This document shows, one piece after another, positions 38,186-48,540 of a stretch of 64,000 bases of DNA. The stretch covers positions 4,567,573 to 4,631,572 of the forward strand of contig CP016211.1 of assembly GCA_001931535.1 (NCBI GenBank), read 5' to 3'. This DNA comes from Minicystis rosea (GTDB taxonomy: Bacteria; Myxococcota_A; Polyangia; Polyangiales; Polyangiaceae). The position numbers were made by a program, and so were the translations under genes. Under the pieces are notes generated by a model. It was not told the origin of the DNA. It did no database searches and saw nothing but the letters and a program-made list of their open reading frames with translations. Every line of letters begins with the position of its first letter. The first letter of the stretch is position 1.

Positions 38186-38590
38186 TCAGGAGAAGTAGCG
38201 CTTCGGCGTCTGCCCGAGCACGGCCTTGAACGCGTGGATGAACGCGCTCGGGCTCTCGTAGCCGACGTCGAGCGCCACGGTGGTCACCGGCTGCCCCGCG
38301 GCCAGGCGCTTCAACGCCTCCATGATGCGCAGCCGCTGGCGCCAGCGGCCGAACGTCATCTGGGTTTCGGCGCGCCAGATGCGCTCGAGGGTGCGCGGGG
38401 ACGCGCCCGCGCGCTTCGCGACCGTCGACGTCGTCAGCGTGGGGTTCTCGCGCAGGAGCGCCGCGGCCTGCGCCCCGCGCTCGTCGACGGGCGACGGCAG
38501 CTGGAAGCACGCGTTCGCACGAAGCTCGCGAACTGCCTGCGTCCCGTCTTGGAACCCGCGCTGAGGCGGGCCGTGTGATCGGCTCGCGCG
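38186..38590 (-). pseudogene. AraC-family helix-turn-helix domain (C-terminal ~105 aa), no usable start codon or N-terminal domain
   Basis: '…TVAKRAGASPRTLERIWRAETQMTFGRWRQRLRIMEALKRLAAGQPVTTVALDVGYESPSAFIHAFKAVLGQTPKRYFS*'. An in-frame stop lies 9 codons upstream of the first residues and there is no ATG. Confidence 0.5.
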
Positions 38591-38664
38591 AATCCGTTTT
38601 CACGGGGGCCGAAAACTGTGACTGACCACCTGGGAGCTCCCGTCGGCGCCGCGGTGACGAGGAG

Positions 38665-39501
38665 TCAGGGGCTCACGTCGGTCGAGTGCGCGAGCTCCTT
38701 CTGGGCCTCGAGGGCCGCGAGTCGCTCGGTCAGGGCCTTGTGGACGAGCGCGTATGCGTCACTGCCCAGCGTGAGCCGCGTGGGGGCGGGGGTTCGGTCG
38801 GCCGAGGCAATGATCGCGGAGGCGACTTTGCGCGGGTCGCCTGGGAACATCGCGAGCCCCGCCGTCTCGGCCATGCGCCGGAAGTCTCCTGCCGGCGTAG
38901 CGTCATAGACGTCGAGGGGGCGGCCGACATCCGCGCTCGACGAGGCGAAGTTGGTGCGCGATGCGCCGGGCTCGACCAGCGTGACCTCGATACCGAACGG
39001 GGCGATCTCCGGAATCGTGCCCTCGAAGAACCCTTCGATTCCCCACTTCGTGGCGGAGTACACGCCCATCGTCGGATAGGCTGCCTGGCCGACCGAGGAC
39101 GAGATCTGAATGATGCGGCCGCCGCCCTGTCGGCGCAGGTTGGGGATGGCCGCTCGGGCAACGTGGATCGAGCCGAGCAGGTTCGTATCGAGCTGCCGCT
39201 CGATTTGCGCGTCGTCGACCTCCTCCGCTGCGCCGAAGAGCGCATATCCGGCATTGCTCACGACGACATCGATGCGACGGAGCTCCGAGAACGCGCGGTC
39301 GATGACGTTGCGCACGGCTGTACCGTCCGTGACGTCGAGGCTGGCGACCCAGAGGCGTTTACCGTACTTCGCCGAGAGGTCCTGCAACGCGTCCGGCTTC
39401 CGCACGGTCGCGGCGACGCTGTCGCCCTTCTCGAGGAGGAGCTCGGTGAGCTGCCGACCAAAACCGCTGCTCGCACCCGTGATGAACCAGGTCTTCGACA
39501 T
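38665..39501 (-). CDS. SDR-family oxidoreductase
   Basis: 'TGASSGFG' Rossmann motif, 'NAG' and 'YSATKWGIEG' (YxxxK). Confidence 0.85.
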   Translation of the reverse strand: MSKTWFITGASSGFGRQLTELLLEKGDSVAATVRKPDALQDLSAKYGKRLWVASLDVTDGTAVRNVIDRAFSELRRIDVVVSNAGYALFGAAEEVDDAQIERQLDTNLLGSIHVARAAIPNLRRQGGGRIIQISSSVGQAAYPTMGVYSATKWGIEGFFEGTIPEIAPFGIEVTLVEPGASRTNFASSSADVGRPLDVYDATPAGDFRRMAETAGLAMFPGDPRKVASAIIASADRTPAPTRLTLGSDAYALVHKALTERLAALEAQKELAHSTDVSP

Positions 39502-39542
39502 TGGATTGTCCTTTCGTTCTCGATTCCGTGAATCGAAGGTCG

Positions 39543-39989
39543 TCATTCGAATGAGTCGTCTGCGACGTCGCCGACCTTCATCTCCTGAAGGCTCCGGCGA
39601 AGTGTCTGGACGTTCGCCGCCCCGTTCAGCTTCCCGAACTGTCGCTGCGCTTCACGCCAGAGCGGGGCAGCCTTGTCGTGAAGGTCTTTCCCCGCCGCGG
39701 TGAGCTCGATGATGCGGCTTCGACCATCCGTGGGCGAGGGGCGAATCTTGACGGCTCCGTCCTTCTCCAAGAGCGACACCATCTTGCCCATCGCCGTGCG
39801 CTCGATGTCGAGGCGCTCGGCGAGTTCGTTGACGGCGGCGCTCCTCTGCTCGTGCAGCGCCGCCAAGATCAAGAATTGCGTGATGCGGAGTCCAGTCGGC
39901 TGGAGACAGGCATCGTAGAACCGAGTGATCTTCCGCGCCGCCTTCCGCACGGCGAAGCAGTTACATTGATCGATTCCGGTCTCGTTCAT
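39543..39989 (-). CDS. MarR-family transcriptional regulator
   Basis: Winged helix 'LRITQFLILAALHEQRSAAVNELAERLDIERTAMGKMVSLLEKDGAV'. Confidence 0.8.
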   Translation of the reverse strand: MNETGIDQCNCFAVRKAARKITRFYDACLQPTGLRITQFLILAALHEQRSAAVNELAERLDIERTAMGKMVSLLEKDGAVKIRPSPTDGRSRIIELTAAGKDLHDKAAPLWREAQRQFGKLNGAANVQTLRRSLQEMKVGDVADDSFE

Positions 39990-40028
39990 TGGCACGTCGC
40001 CTCCTCGCCCGGAAATCCGAGCGCGTCG

Positions 40029-40910
40029 TCAGGAAAAAGCGTTCCGGTACTTTCGCACGAACGCCTGCACCGAGAGCGCCGGTGTGCCGGTGATCTTCTC
40101 GACGGCGTCGTTGGTGCCGGCGAAGATCCCATCCTGGTAGTTCTGCGCGACCTCGACGAGGTGCTGAACGAGGAACGGAGGGAACTTGTAGAGCTCCTCC
40201 ATCTTGCGTTTGAACTCCACGATCGAGGTCGGCTCGTATTCGATCTTCGCGCCCAGTACCTCACTCATCGTCGCGGCGATCTCGGTGTGGTTCATCTCGA
40301 CCGGACCGTGGAGCGTGTAGATTTTGCCTTCGTGTCCTGCCGGCTTCGCGAGGAGGTGGGCGATGACACGTCCCTGGTCGTCGCTGCTGATCGGGGCGTG
40401 GCGCCCGTTTCCGAAGGGGAACTCGATCTTCTTCTTCCTCCAGATCTCGCTCGCGAAGTGCGGGTAGACGAGCCAGTCGGCAAAGAACGTCGGACGCAGG
40501 TGCGTCGTCGCCACGCCCGACCAGTCGAAGATCCGCTCGGAGATCCAGTGGTCCTGCGCTGCGTGACTCGCCGACTCTCGTCGCGCGGAGATCTGGGACA
40601 TGTTCACGATCGCTGTCACGCCCGCTTCCTTCGCGGCCTGCGCGAAGTAGGCGGCAGCGCTGACGATCCCCGGCGCGATTGGATAGAGGAAGTACGCCGA
40701 GCGGACCCCTTCCATCGCAGCGCGTATCTCATCGATGTTGGAGAAGTCGCCGATCGCGACGTCGACCCCGCGCGCCCTCAGCGCCGCCGCCCGCTCGTCA
40801 TTCGAGCGCACATACGCACGCACGCGCTTGCCCATCGCGAGCAGCTCGTCGATCGCTGCCCCGCCGGTGCGCCCCGTTGCTCCGCTCACGAGAATGTCCG
40901 CTGCACTCAT
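40029..40910 (-). CDS. NmrA-family NAD(P)-binding protein
   Basis: 'ILVSGATGRTGG' Rossmann motif; overall NmrA/isoflavone-reductase-like layout. Confidence 0.8.
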   Translation of the reverse strand: MSAADILVSGATGRTGGAAIDELLAMGKRVRAYVRSNDERAAALRARGVDVAIGDFSNIDEIRAAMEGVRSAYFLYPIAPGIVSAAAYFAQAAKEAGVTAIVNMSQISARRESASHAAQDHWISERIFDWSGVATTHLRPTFFADWLVYPHFASEIWRKKKIEFPFGNGRHAPISSDDQGRVIAHLLAKPAGHEGKIYTLHGPVEMNHTEIAATMSEVLGAKIEYEPTSIVEFKRKMEELYKFPPFLVQHLVEVAQNYQDGIFAGTNDAVEKITGTPALSVQAFVRKYRNAFS

Positions 40911-41597
40911 GAATCTCGACCTTTCGAATATAGGAGCATATGCTCTCTTCTGTCTATAGGTCTCCGTTTGGAGTGCGCAAGGTCTCGTCCGTCGGGCGGT
41001 CGTCGAGGACGACCTCGAGCGGTCGCACGCCTGGACACCGCTGCCGACCCTCAGCGTCGCTGCGTCGCGCGAAGCATGCGGCTCGACCAGCTCCGATGAC
41101 CTCAAGGCCGCATCCTCGCTCGGCGACAACGCGGGCGGTCTGCTGCCCGCGTGGAAGCGGCCCCTGTCCGGCGGTGGGGGCGGAGCCGGCAGGCGGTAGG
41201 GGTGGAGCCGGCAGGTGGGTTGCGCGTTTCCTCCCGGTTACCGGCGCGGGCGATCTTCCAGTCCCATCGAGTGCCGTAGAGTGCCGTGCCCCAAAAAGCA
41301 GAACGGCGAGGAACCCCGCGAACACGCGCGCCATGCGCTACGATCGGGCTCCCCGCCGTTGGGATGGGAGGCGCCACAGGGCCAGGGCTCGCTTGCGAGC
41401 CCGCCTGGACCAACGCCCGTGGAGGGAAAGGGGCAGCGCTCCTATCCCGGGACCCACACTTGACAGACAAGATCGACGTCAGGCCCGAAGCGGTGCGACG
41501 ATCAAGCATGCTCGGGTGGTTCGGGGTGTGGAGATAGCTCGAAGAGTGCACCGCGGGTGCGGCGGCCCGGAAAGCGCCGCGCCCGCGGTGGACGGTG

Positions 41598-44077
41598 TCA
41601 CTGGCAGACGTTGTTCACACAGGTCTTGCCGGTCTGGCAATCGGTCGTCGCCGTGCAGTTCGTGCCGGTGAAGTGCGCGCGATTGGCGTCGAACTTCATG
41701 TATGCCGAGTACGCGTCGTCGTTCCCGGTGATGGAGGCCTGCGGGATCTTGTTGAGGGTGCCTGCAACGGCGAGCGTGTCGATGTCGTTATCGGTGCCCA
41801 TCACGTCCGGCTGCTGCGCGTTGATCGCGGTCACGAGGCAGGCCACGACCTTGCAACCGCCCACGAGCGCGTCGAGCAACGAGTTGCAGTTGGGCCCGAC
41901 GGGCATGCCCGAGCCGCAGTAGGTGTACTTCTTCGAGCCGGTGCAGGCGCCGCACGCGGTCGCGCCCGTGGTGAGGACCTCCGGGATCGGGATCTGCGAG
42001 AGCGACTCCACGGTGATGTTGCCGCACAGGCCCTGGTTCGCGCCGCTGGCGGTGATGGTCTGGAAGACGGTGAGCCCGGCGGCGAGCTGCGCGGGCGGCG
42101 GGGCCGGCGCGTTCGGCGCGGGCGTGCCATTGAAGGTGGCCGCAACTCGCGAGTTGCGCATGCGGAGCAGCGCGGGCGAGCCGGCGAGCAGCAGCGTCAG
42201 GTTGATGTCGCTCGGGCCGGCCGTGAGGTTGCGGGCCGCGAGCGCGCCGTTCGTGAGGATGCCAGTCGGCAAACCCATGTTGTTCACCGTCGTTTGTTCG
42301 GCGCGGAACCACCAGTCGATGGGGTTGTTGCTCGGCCAGGTGCCCTTCGCCGGATCGAGCGTGCCGGAGAGCACGCCGATGGTGAGCCCGTTGGGGTCGG
42401 CGACGCCCGTCAGGTCGTCGAGGCCGAGGGCCTGCACGAGGATGTTGGTGGTGCCGTCGGTGATGCCGTCCTGGAGCGGGGTGTTGATCTGCCCGAGCGC
42501 GGTGCTCGTGAGCGACTGCGTCCCCAGGCGGTTCGTGGTCGGCGTGCAGAACGCCGGGGCCGCCGTGCCCTGGATGGACACCGAGGTCATGCGCGCGACG
42601 ACCTCGTACTTGCAGTTGGAGTCACAACCATCGAGGTTGAGCTTGTTGCCGTCGTCGCACTGCTCGCCGGCCTCGAGCACCCCGTTGCCGCAGACCGTGG
42701 CCGAGGTGCACGTGGCGGAGCAGGTCGAGCCGTTGGGCGGATCGCAGGCCTCACCCTTGGTCGCATCGACGCAACCATCACCGCACGTCGAGGCGACGCA
42801 CTGGCCGTTGCCATTGCAGAGGCCGCCGGAGCACGCAGCGCACTTGGCGGCGTTGGTGCCGGCCTGGCATTTGCCGACCTGCTGGCCGTTCACGGTCACC
42901 GTCTTGCAGGTCTCGACGCCGTTGCAGACGTTGTTGTCCGAGCAGTTGGCGTTGGTGGTGCAATCGAGCTGACAGGTCGCCGAGCAGCCCTGTTGGGTGC
43001 CGTTCATGGCACCGAGATCGCAGGCCTCGCCCGCCTCCTTGATCCCGTTGCCGCACACCGCGCCGGGCGTGCTGCAGACGCCCGTCTTGCACACCTTGCC
43101 CCCGCCGCACGCGGTGCCGTCGGGAAGCGGCGTGCCCGCAGCGCACTTCTGGCCAGCCGTGCTGTTCGGGCCCATCACCTGCGCGCAGGTCTCGGCGCCG
43201 TTACAGGGGTTTTCATCATCACAGGAGTTGGGAGCCGTCGTGCAGGAGAACGCGCACGTCGGCTCGCAGCCCGAGCCCGCGAGGTTGCCGGCGGTGCCGA
43301 AGTCACACGCCTCGCCCGTGCTCGGGATGCCATCACCGCATTGCTGCGCGACGCAGCCGCCGTTCACACAGATCTGGCCCGTCCCGCAGGATGCTCCGTT
43401 CGACAGCGGAGCGCTGGCGGTGCAGGTGTGGGTGACGTCATCGCAGGTGCCGTTGTTCACGCACGGATCGGTGGACGCGCAATTGCGCTTCGGATCGGTG
43501 GAGAGGCAGGAGAACGTACAGCCCGCCTCGCAGCCGTCACCGCTCTGCGCGTTGCCGTCGTCGCACTCCTCAGTGCCAGACGTGATCCCATCGCCGCAGG
43601 ACCCGTCGACGCAGTTGCCGCCGACACAGATCCTGTCCGTGTCGCAGGCGTCTCCTTGGTTGAGCGCCGTGCCGGGAGCGCACGCGTGATCGGCCCCGCA
43701 AGTCTCGATCCCGTTGCAGGCGTTGCCATCGTCACAGTGATCGCGCGTGGGGTTGCCCGCGATGCACGTGAAGGAGCAGTCGTTGTTGCAGCCGTCATCA
43801 CTGGTGAGGTTGCCGTCATCGCACTCCTCGGTGCCTTCGACCTTGCCGTTTCCGCACGCCGGCCCGGCGATGCCGCCCGTGCCACCGGAGCCACCCGTGC
43901 TTGAGGTGGTGGTGCTCCCGCCGGTGCCATCACCCCCGGTGCTCGTGCTGTTGCCGCTGGAGGTTGTATCCACCGATGCCCCCCGCCACAACCCACCGTA
44001 GGGCCGAGGCACACGGCGCCCAGCGAACCCATGACCCAGAGCCAACGCATTCGATTCGCGCGCAATTTCGTGAGCAT
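41598..44077 (-). CDS. Myxobacterial cysteine-rich repeat (TIGR02232-like) secreted lipoprotein; the signal peptide is in the -1 frame relative to the body at a G6 homopolymer
   Basis: More than 10 'CGNG…EGEECDDGN…DGC…C' repeats. Lipoprotein signal 'MLTKLRANRMRWLWVMGSLGAVCLGPTVGCGGG' ends in a GGGGGG run (forward C6 at ~44003-44008). The mature region continues in the adjacent frame. Confidence 0.7.
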
Positions 44078-44454
44078 ATTTACCTATTCCTCCGGCGAAC
44101 GAGCGAAGCCGCGCTACCGTCGCGCAATCGATGGCAAGCGAGAGCCTCTCGAAACACACCAGCGAGCCGGGCTCAAACGTGGTTTGACAGTGAAATGAGT
44201 GCTGTTGCCACTTCGACATGGCACATCGCATCCTAGGCGCGACCTAAAGAGAGCCTCTCTTTAGGTCGCGCCATGGTGCACATTCGCGTCCCCTTCCTCA
44301 ATGCGACGCCATCGCATAAAGTCTCTTTATTCTCCATCACGGAATCCAAGGTGGCAGTCTTTTCGGGCCCGCGATTGCCACCTTCGCCCCGATGCGCGCT
44401 GTGGCGCAGACGCTCTCGGCTGTTGTACGCGAGGGACTCCAGCCGCGTTTGCGC

Positions 44455-45366
44455 TCAGCCTTTCCCTCCAGCCCGGACCCGATCGGCGATACCCACTCGC
44501 GGCATGCGTGCGCGACGTTGTTCGCGCTGTTTGCTCACCGGCGCACGCTCTCTCGGGATCACGTCCACCGCGACCTCTTCGAGCAGCGCGCGTAGCCGCG
44601 CCTTTGCCTGCTCCTCGATCTGACGCACCCGTTCTCGGCTCACGCCCCAGGTCGTGGCGAGCGCGTCCAGCGTCGCGGGCGTCTCGGCCAGCAGTCGTCG
44701 CTGGAGGATGTCCTGCTGACGGGCCGGGAGCGCGGCGATGGCCTCGGCGAGGGCCGCGCGGAGTCGCGCTCTCTGCTCGACGTCTCCCACCGCGTCTTCC
44801 GGCGAGCCGGTCTGGTCGGCGAGACGCTCCGCGCGGCTCGGGCCATCATCATCCGGCGAGGCGCTCAAGCTGACGTCGTTCGCCATCAGCAAAGGAAGGA
44901 TCTCGGCGGTCCGCTCCGGCGTCAGGCCGGTCATGACGGCGAGCATTTCGGGCCGAGCCTCCTTGGTCCGGCGATAGAGCCAGAATGCGCGCAGCTCACC
45001 CTTGGTCGTCCCCAGCCGCACGATGCGATAATGGCGCACGACATACTCGCGGATCTCGGCCCGGATCCAGTAGCGCGCATATGCCCAGAGCCTCAACCCG
45101 TGCTGCGGATCGAAGCGCGGAAGGGCCTTGATCAGCCCGATGTTGCCCTCCTGGACGAGATCCTCGAGCGGCAGACCGCAATATCGATACTCGAGCGCGA
45201 TGGCGATGACGGCGCCCAGACACCCGGCGATGAGGCGCCGGCCCGCGTCGTGGTCGCCGCTCCGATATCGATCGAGGAGCTCCCGCTCCAGCATGGGAGT
45301 AATGGTCTCGTACCGTGCGAGGTCGGTCCGATACGAGGAGAGCGCAGTACTTCCCGAGCCAATCAT
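44455..45366 (-). CDS. Sigma-70-family RNA polymerase sigma factor (group 3 / RpoH-like)
   Basis: Region 2 'LVQEGNIGLIKALPRFDPQHGLRLWAYARYWIRAEIREYV' and region 4 'TLDALATTWGVSRERVRQIEEQAKARLR'. Confidence 0.75.
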   Translation of the reverse strand: MIGSGSTALSSYRTDLARYETITPMLERELLDRYRSGDHDAGRRLIAGCLGAVIAIALEYRYCGLPLEDLVQEGNIGLIKALPRFDPQHGLRLWAYARYWIRAEIREYVVRHYRIVRLGTTKGELRAFWLYRRTKEARPEMLAVMTGLTPERTAEILPLLMANDVSLSASPDDDGPSRAERLADQTGSPEDAVGDVEQRARLRAALAEAIAALPARQQDILQRRLLAETPATLDALATTWGVSRERVRQIEEQAKARLRALLEEVAVDVIPRERAPVSKQREQRRARMPRVGIADRVRAGGKG

Positions 45367-45479
45367 ATCGAGTGAGCTCCAATCCACGGTTGGGCCTGCG
45401 CCTCGGGTGCTACCGATGGCGGGAGATCACGAACGCGCGGGATGCTGCGGTGTTGGTTCCCAGCCCCTTGGCCAACTCG

Positions 45480-46309
45480 CTATCGGTCGAAGCGGACGTT
45501 GATCGCGACGGTCCCGGAGACCGGCGCGCCATGCGGATCGACCGCTGGAGTCCAGCGCCGGCCCATCGCGCACCGCTGCGCCTCCCGACCGAAACCATGT
45601 CCACCGTCGCTCGCGACGGAGACGCGGGTCACGCGTCCCGTGGCGTCGACGCTCACCGTGAGTGAGACCACCGCATGATCGATCCGACCTTCGTCGGCCT
45701 CCGCGGGGAATGGGCATCTCCACTCGGATCTCCCCTCGAGCGTCGGAGGCCGCGAGAGATCGGGCCCGGGCGTCGCGGGGGCACGCGCCGGCGCGCTGCC
45801 CGTTCCTCCCGGCGCGCCGCTCGGAGACGGACGCCCACGGACTGCGCTCGTGCTCGTCCCGTTGGCGAGCGTGGCGCCGCCGGCATAGGCATCGGCAGCG
45901 CCGGTGACGAAGCCGTCGCCGAGATCGATGGGCTCGTCGGGCGCAGGCTGCCGGGTCACCACCGCGCCGGCCTGGGCCGCCGCAGGTGGAGGCGGGGTGT
46001 CCCGTGTCGGGGCCCGAGGCGCGGCGTGCGGCGACGGGAGCGTGGGTGCCGGCGGCTCTTCGGCTTTCTGTGCCTCCACGGGCGGAGGAGGCTCGGGCTT
46101 CGGTACCCCGATCTCCACCATCTCGGTGGGAACATCTTTGACCGGCGCCCATGATCGGCTGGAGAGCCTGGTCAGCCTGTGAGCGATGAGCCCGTGAGCG
46201 AGCACCGCCGCCACGAGCGCAGCCGTGAGCCATTCCTGGTCCCGGTGCCGCGCGCGGAGGAGCCGCGCCAGCGGATCGTTGACGGGTGATACGCCGGCCC
46301 GATACGAGC

Positions 46310-46313
<4 letters not shown>
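45480..46313 (-). CDS. TonB-family energy transducer
   Basis: N-terminal TM segment, Pro-rich spacer 'PKPEPPPPVEAQKAEEPPAP', C-terminal TonB_C 'RIDHAVVSLTVSVDATGRVTRVSV…VAINVRF'. ATGA overlap with ExbD. Confidence 0.75.
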
Positions 46314-46752
<439 letters not shown>

Positions 46753-46756
<4 letters not shown>

Positions 46757-47505
46757 TCACCTCCCTGGAGCGAGAGGCTCGTCGCTCCATCTGCGCCGTC
46801 GGCGTGCGCCGGGTGCTCAGTGCTCGACGCCGGGCGCTTCTCATTCGATGTCGGGGGCTCGAGCGTGGCGGTCCTGCGGATGTGCGCGAGGACCACGTGG
46901 CCCAGCGTCTCGGCGTTCGCCAGCGTGGTGGTGAGCAACCCTTGGAAGTGGTTGAAGACGGCGACCGCGGGGATGGCCACGATGAGGCCGACCGCGGTGG
47001 CCACGAGCGCTTCGGCGATCGTGCCCATGACACGCTCGGGCGCGAGCTGCCCCGCGGCGGCGGCGCCTTGTCCGCTCCCGAGCGCGTCGAAAGCACCCAC
47101 GACGCCGATGACGGTGCCCAGGAGACCGATGAACGGAGCGTTATTGCCGAGCGTGCCGAGGAAGAGAAGCCGCCGCTCGAAGCGCGCGCGCTCGACGCCC
47201 GAGGCCGCGGCCATCGCCTCCGCCGCGGCCTCGGCACCGCTCTCCCAGTGCGAGAGCCCCGCCAGGGCGACCGTGGCCTCCGTGCTCTGTGACCTCTCGA
47301 GTCGCATCAGCGCGCCGTCGAGATCCCCGGCGCCGAGCAGGCGGTGGAGGTCGCGCACCAGCGTGGCAACGTCGTCGCGGCGCGACCAGAACACGCGCGC
47401 GCGTTCGATCATGATGGCAATCGACACCACGCTCAGCGCGAAGAGCAGCCAAAGGACCCAGCTCGCCCCCGAACGGACCATCACATTCTTGATAGATTCG
47501 ACCAT
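46753..47505 (-). CDS. exbB: MotA/TolQ/ExbB proton-channel protein
   Basis: 'LGTLGNNAPFIGLLGTVIGVVGAF' is the ExbB signature. Three TM helices. Confidence 0.85.
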
Positions 47506-47576
47506 GCGTGGGTGACCTCCTCGTCGATCATCCGTTTGCGATCGGCGTTCCATGCCCCTTTGGGCTCGTCTTCACT

Positions 47577-48539
47577 TCACTGAATGTGCAAAGGCACTTG
47601 CAGCCAGTTGATCCCTCCGCGGTTGTCATGGACCACGGCGAAGAGAACGCCTTCGGCCGGCGCCTCAGGCGCCGTGAGCGCATTGGCGGAGCTCGAAACT
47701 CGGCCGGTCGCCGGATCGTAGAGAAGGCGCAAGTCGTCCTTCACGCTCCCGGTCGTGACGTAATAGTCGACCCAGATCTGTTCCTTGTTAGTCTTGCCCT
47801 GCGGATCGATGGCCCCCGGATCGAGCTCCTGACTCGAGGCAGGGACCGAGATGTCGACAGGCTTCTCGGGACACTTGCGGGCATCCGTCGTCGCGCAGTG
47901 ATCCATCGTGATACCGAGGCTCGGATCGACGGGAGCCCCGTCGAACGTAAGTTGCTCGATCACCGGATTCGCATTCACTCGCTCGTCGAAGACGAACAGG
48001 CGAGAGAACGCGAAGACGAAGTCGTCGGGCCCGAGCTTCGCGTGCCCCGCGTCGAAGCAGCCGAAGGGGATCGCCTGGGGGCTCGTCGCGCTCTGGCCGA
48101 GGTATTCGACGTGCCCCGCGCAGGCCATGCTGAAGACGATCAACGTCCCGTACGCCGGTGTGCCCGCCGTCGCCGGGTGACCCTCGAGCGCGTCGGCGGG
48201 AACCTCCAGCGAAAATGTGGTCCCTTCGTGGAGGACGGGCGTGAGGTCCACGCCTCGCTGAAACTGGTTCGCGAAGGCGGGATAGCAGGCGTAGTAGGAG
48301 TCCCCCGGCGGGTTCGCGCAAACGGCCTTCACCCAAACCACGCTCATCGGAGACGCAGGGCTCCTTCGCCCGTCGTAGGCGAGGATATCGAAGCTCACGG
48401 TGTCCCCTGGCTTCGCATAGGGCTTGTCCGCGCGGGTCGCGAGGATGCGAACGCTCTCCACCTGGCTTTGGGGATCGAAGTCGTTACCGCAGCCGCTCGC
48501 CGCCACGAGCGCGATCGGCGCGAGGATCCAAGTCTTCAT
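47577..48539 (-). CDS. Hypothetical lipoprotein (between the Oar-like receptor and ExbB)
   Basis: 'MKTWILAPIALVAASGCGND' lipobox. Cys-containing, 320 aa. Confidence 0.6.
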   Translation of the reverse strand: MKTWILAPIALVAASGCGNDFDPQSQVESVRILATRADKPYAKPGDTVSFDILAYDGRRSPASPMSVVWVKAVCANPPGDSYYACYPAFANQFQRGVDLTPVLHEGTTFSLEVPADALEGHPATAGTPAYGTLIVFSMACAGHVEYLGQSATSPQAIPFGCFDAGHAKLGPDDFVFAFSRLFVFDERVNANPVIEQLTFDGAPVDPSLGITMDHCATTDARKCPEKPVDISVPASSQELDPGAIDPQGKTNKEQIWVDYYVTTGSVKDDLRLLYDPATGRVSSSANALTAPEAPAEGVLFAVVHDNRGGINWLQVPLHIQ

Positions 48540-48540
48540 G

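Noticed and set aside
41595-43904. 769-aa plus-strand ORF and other long ORFs antisense to the Cys-rich repeat protein gene
   Set aside because: GC-rich antisense frames of a gene with clear repeat structure on the minus strand.
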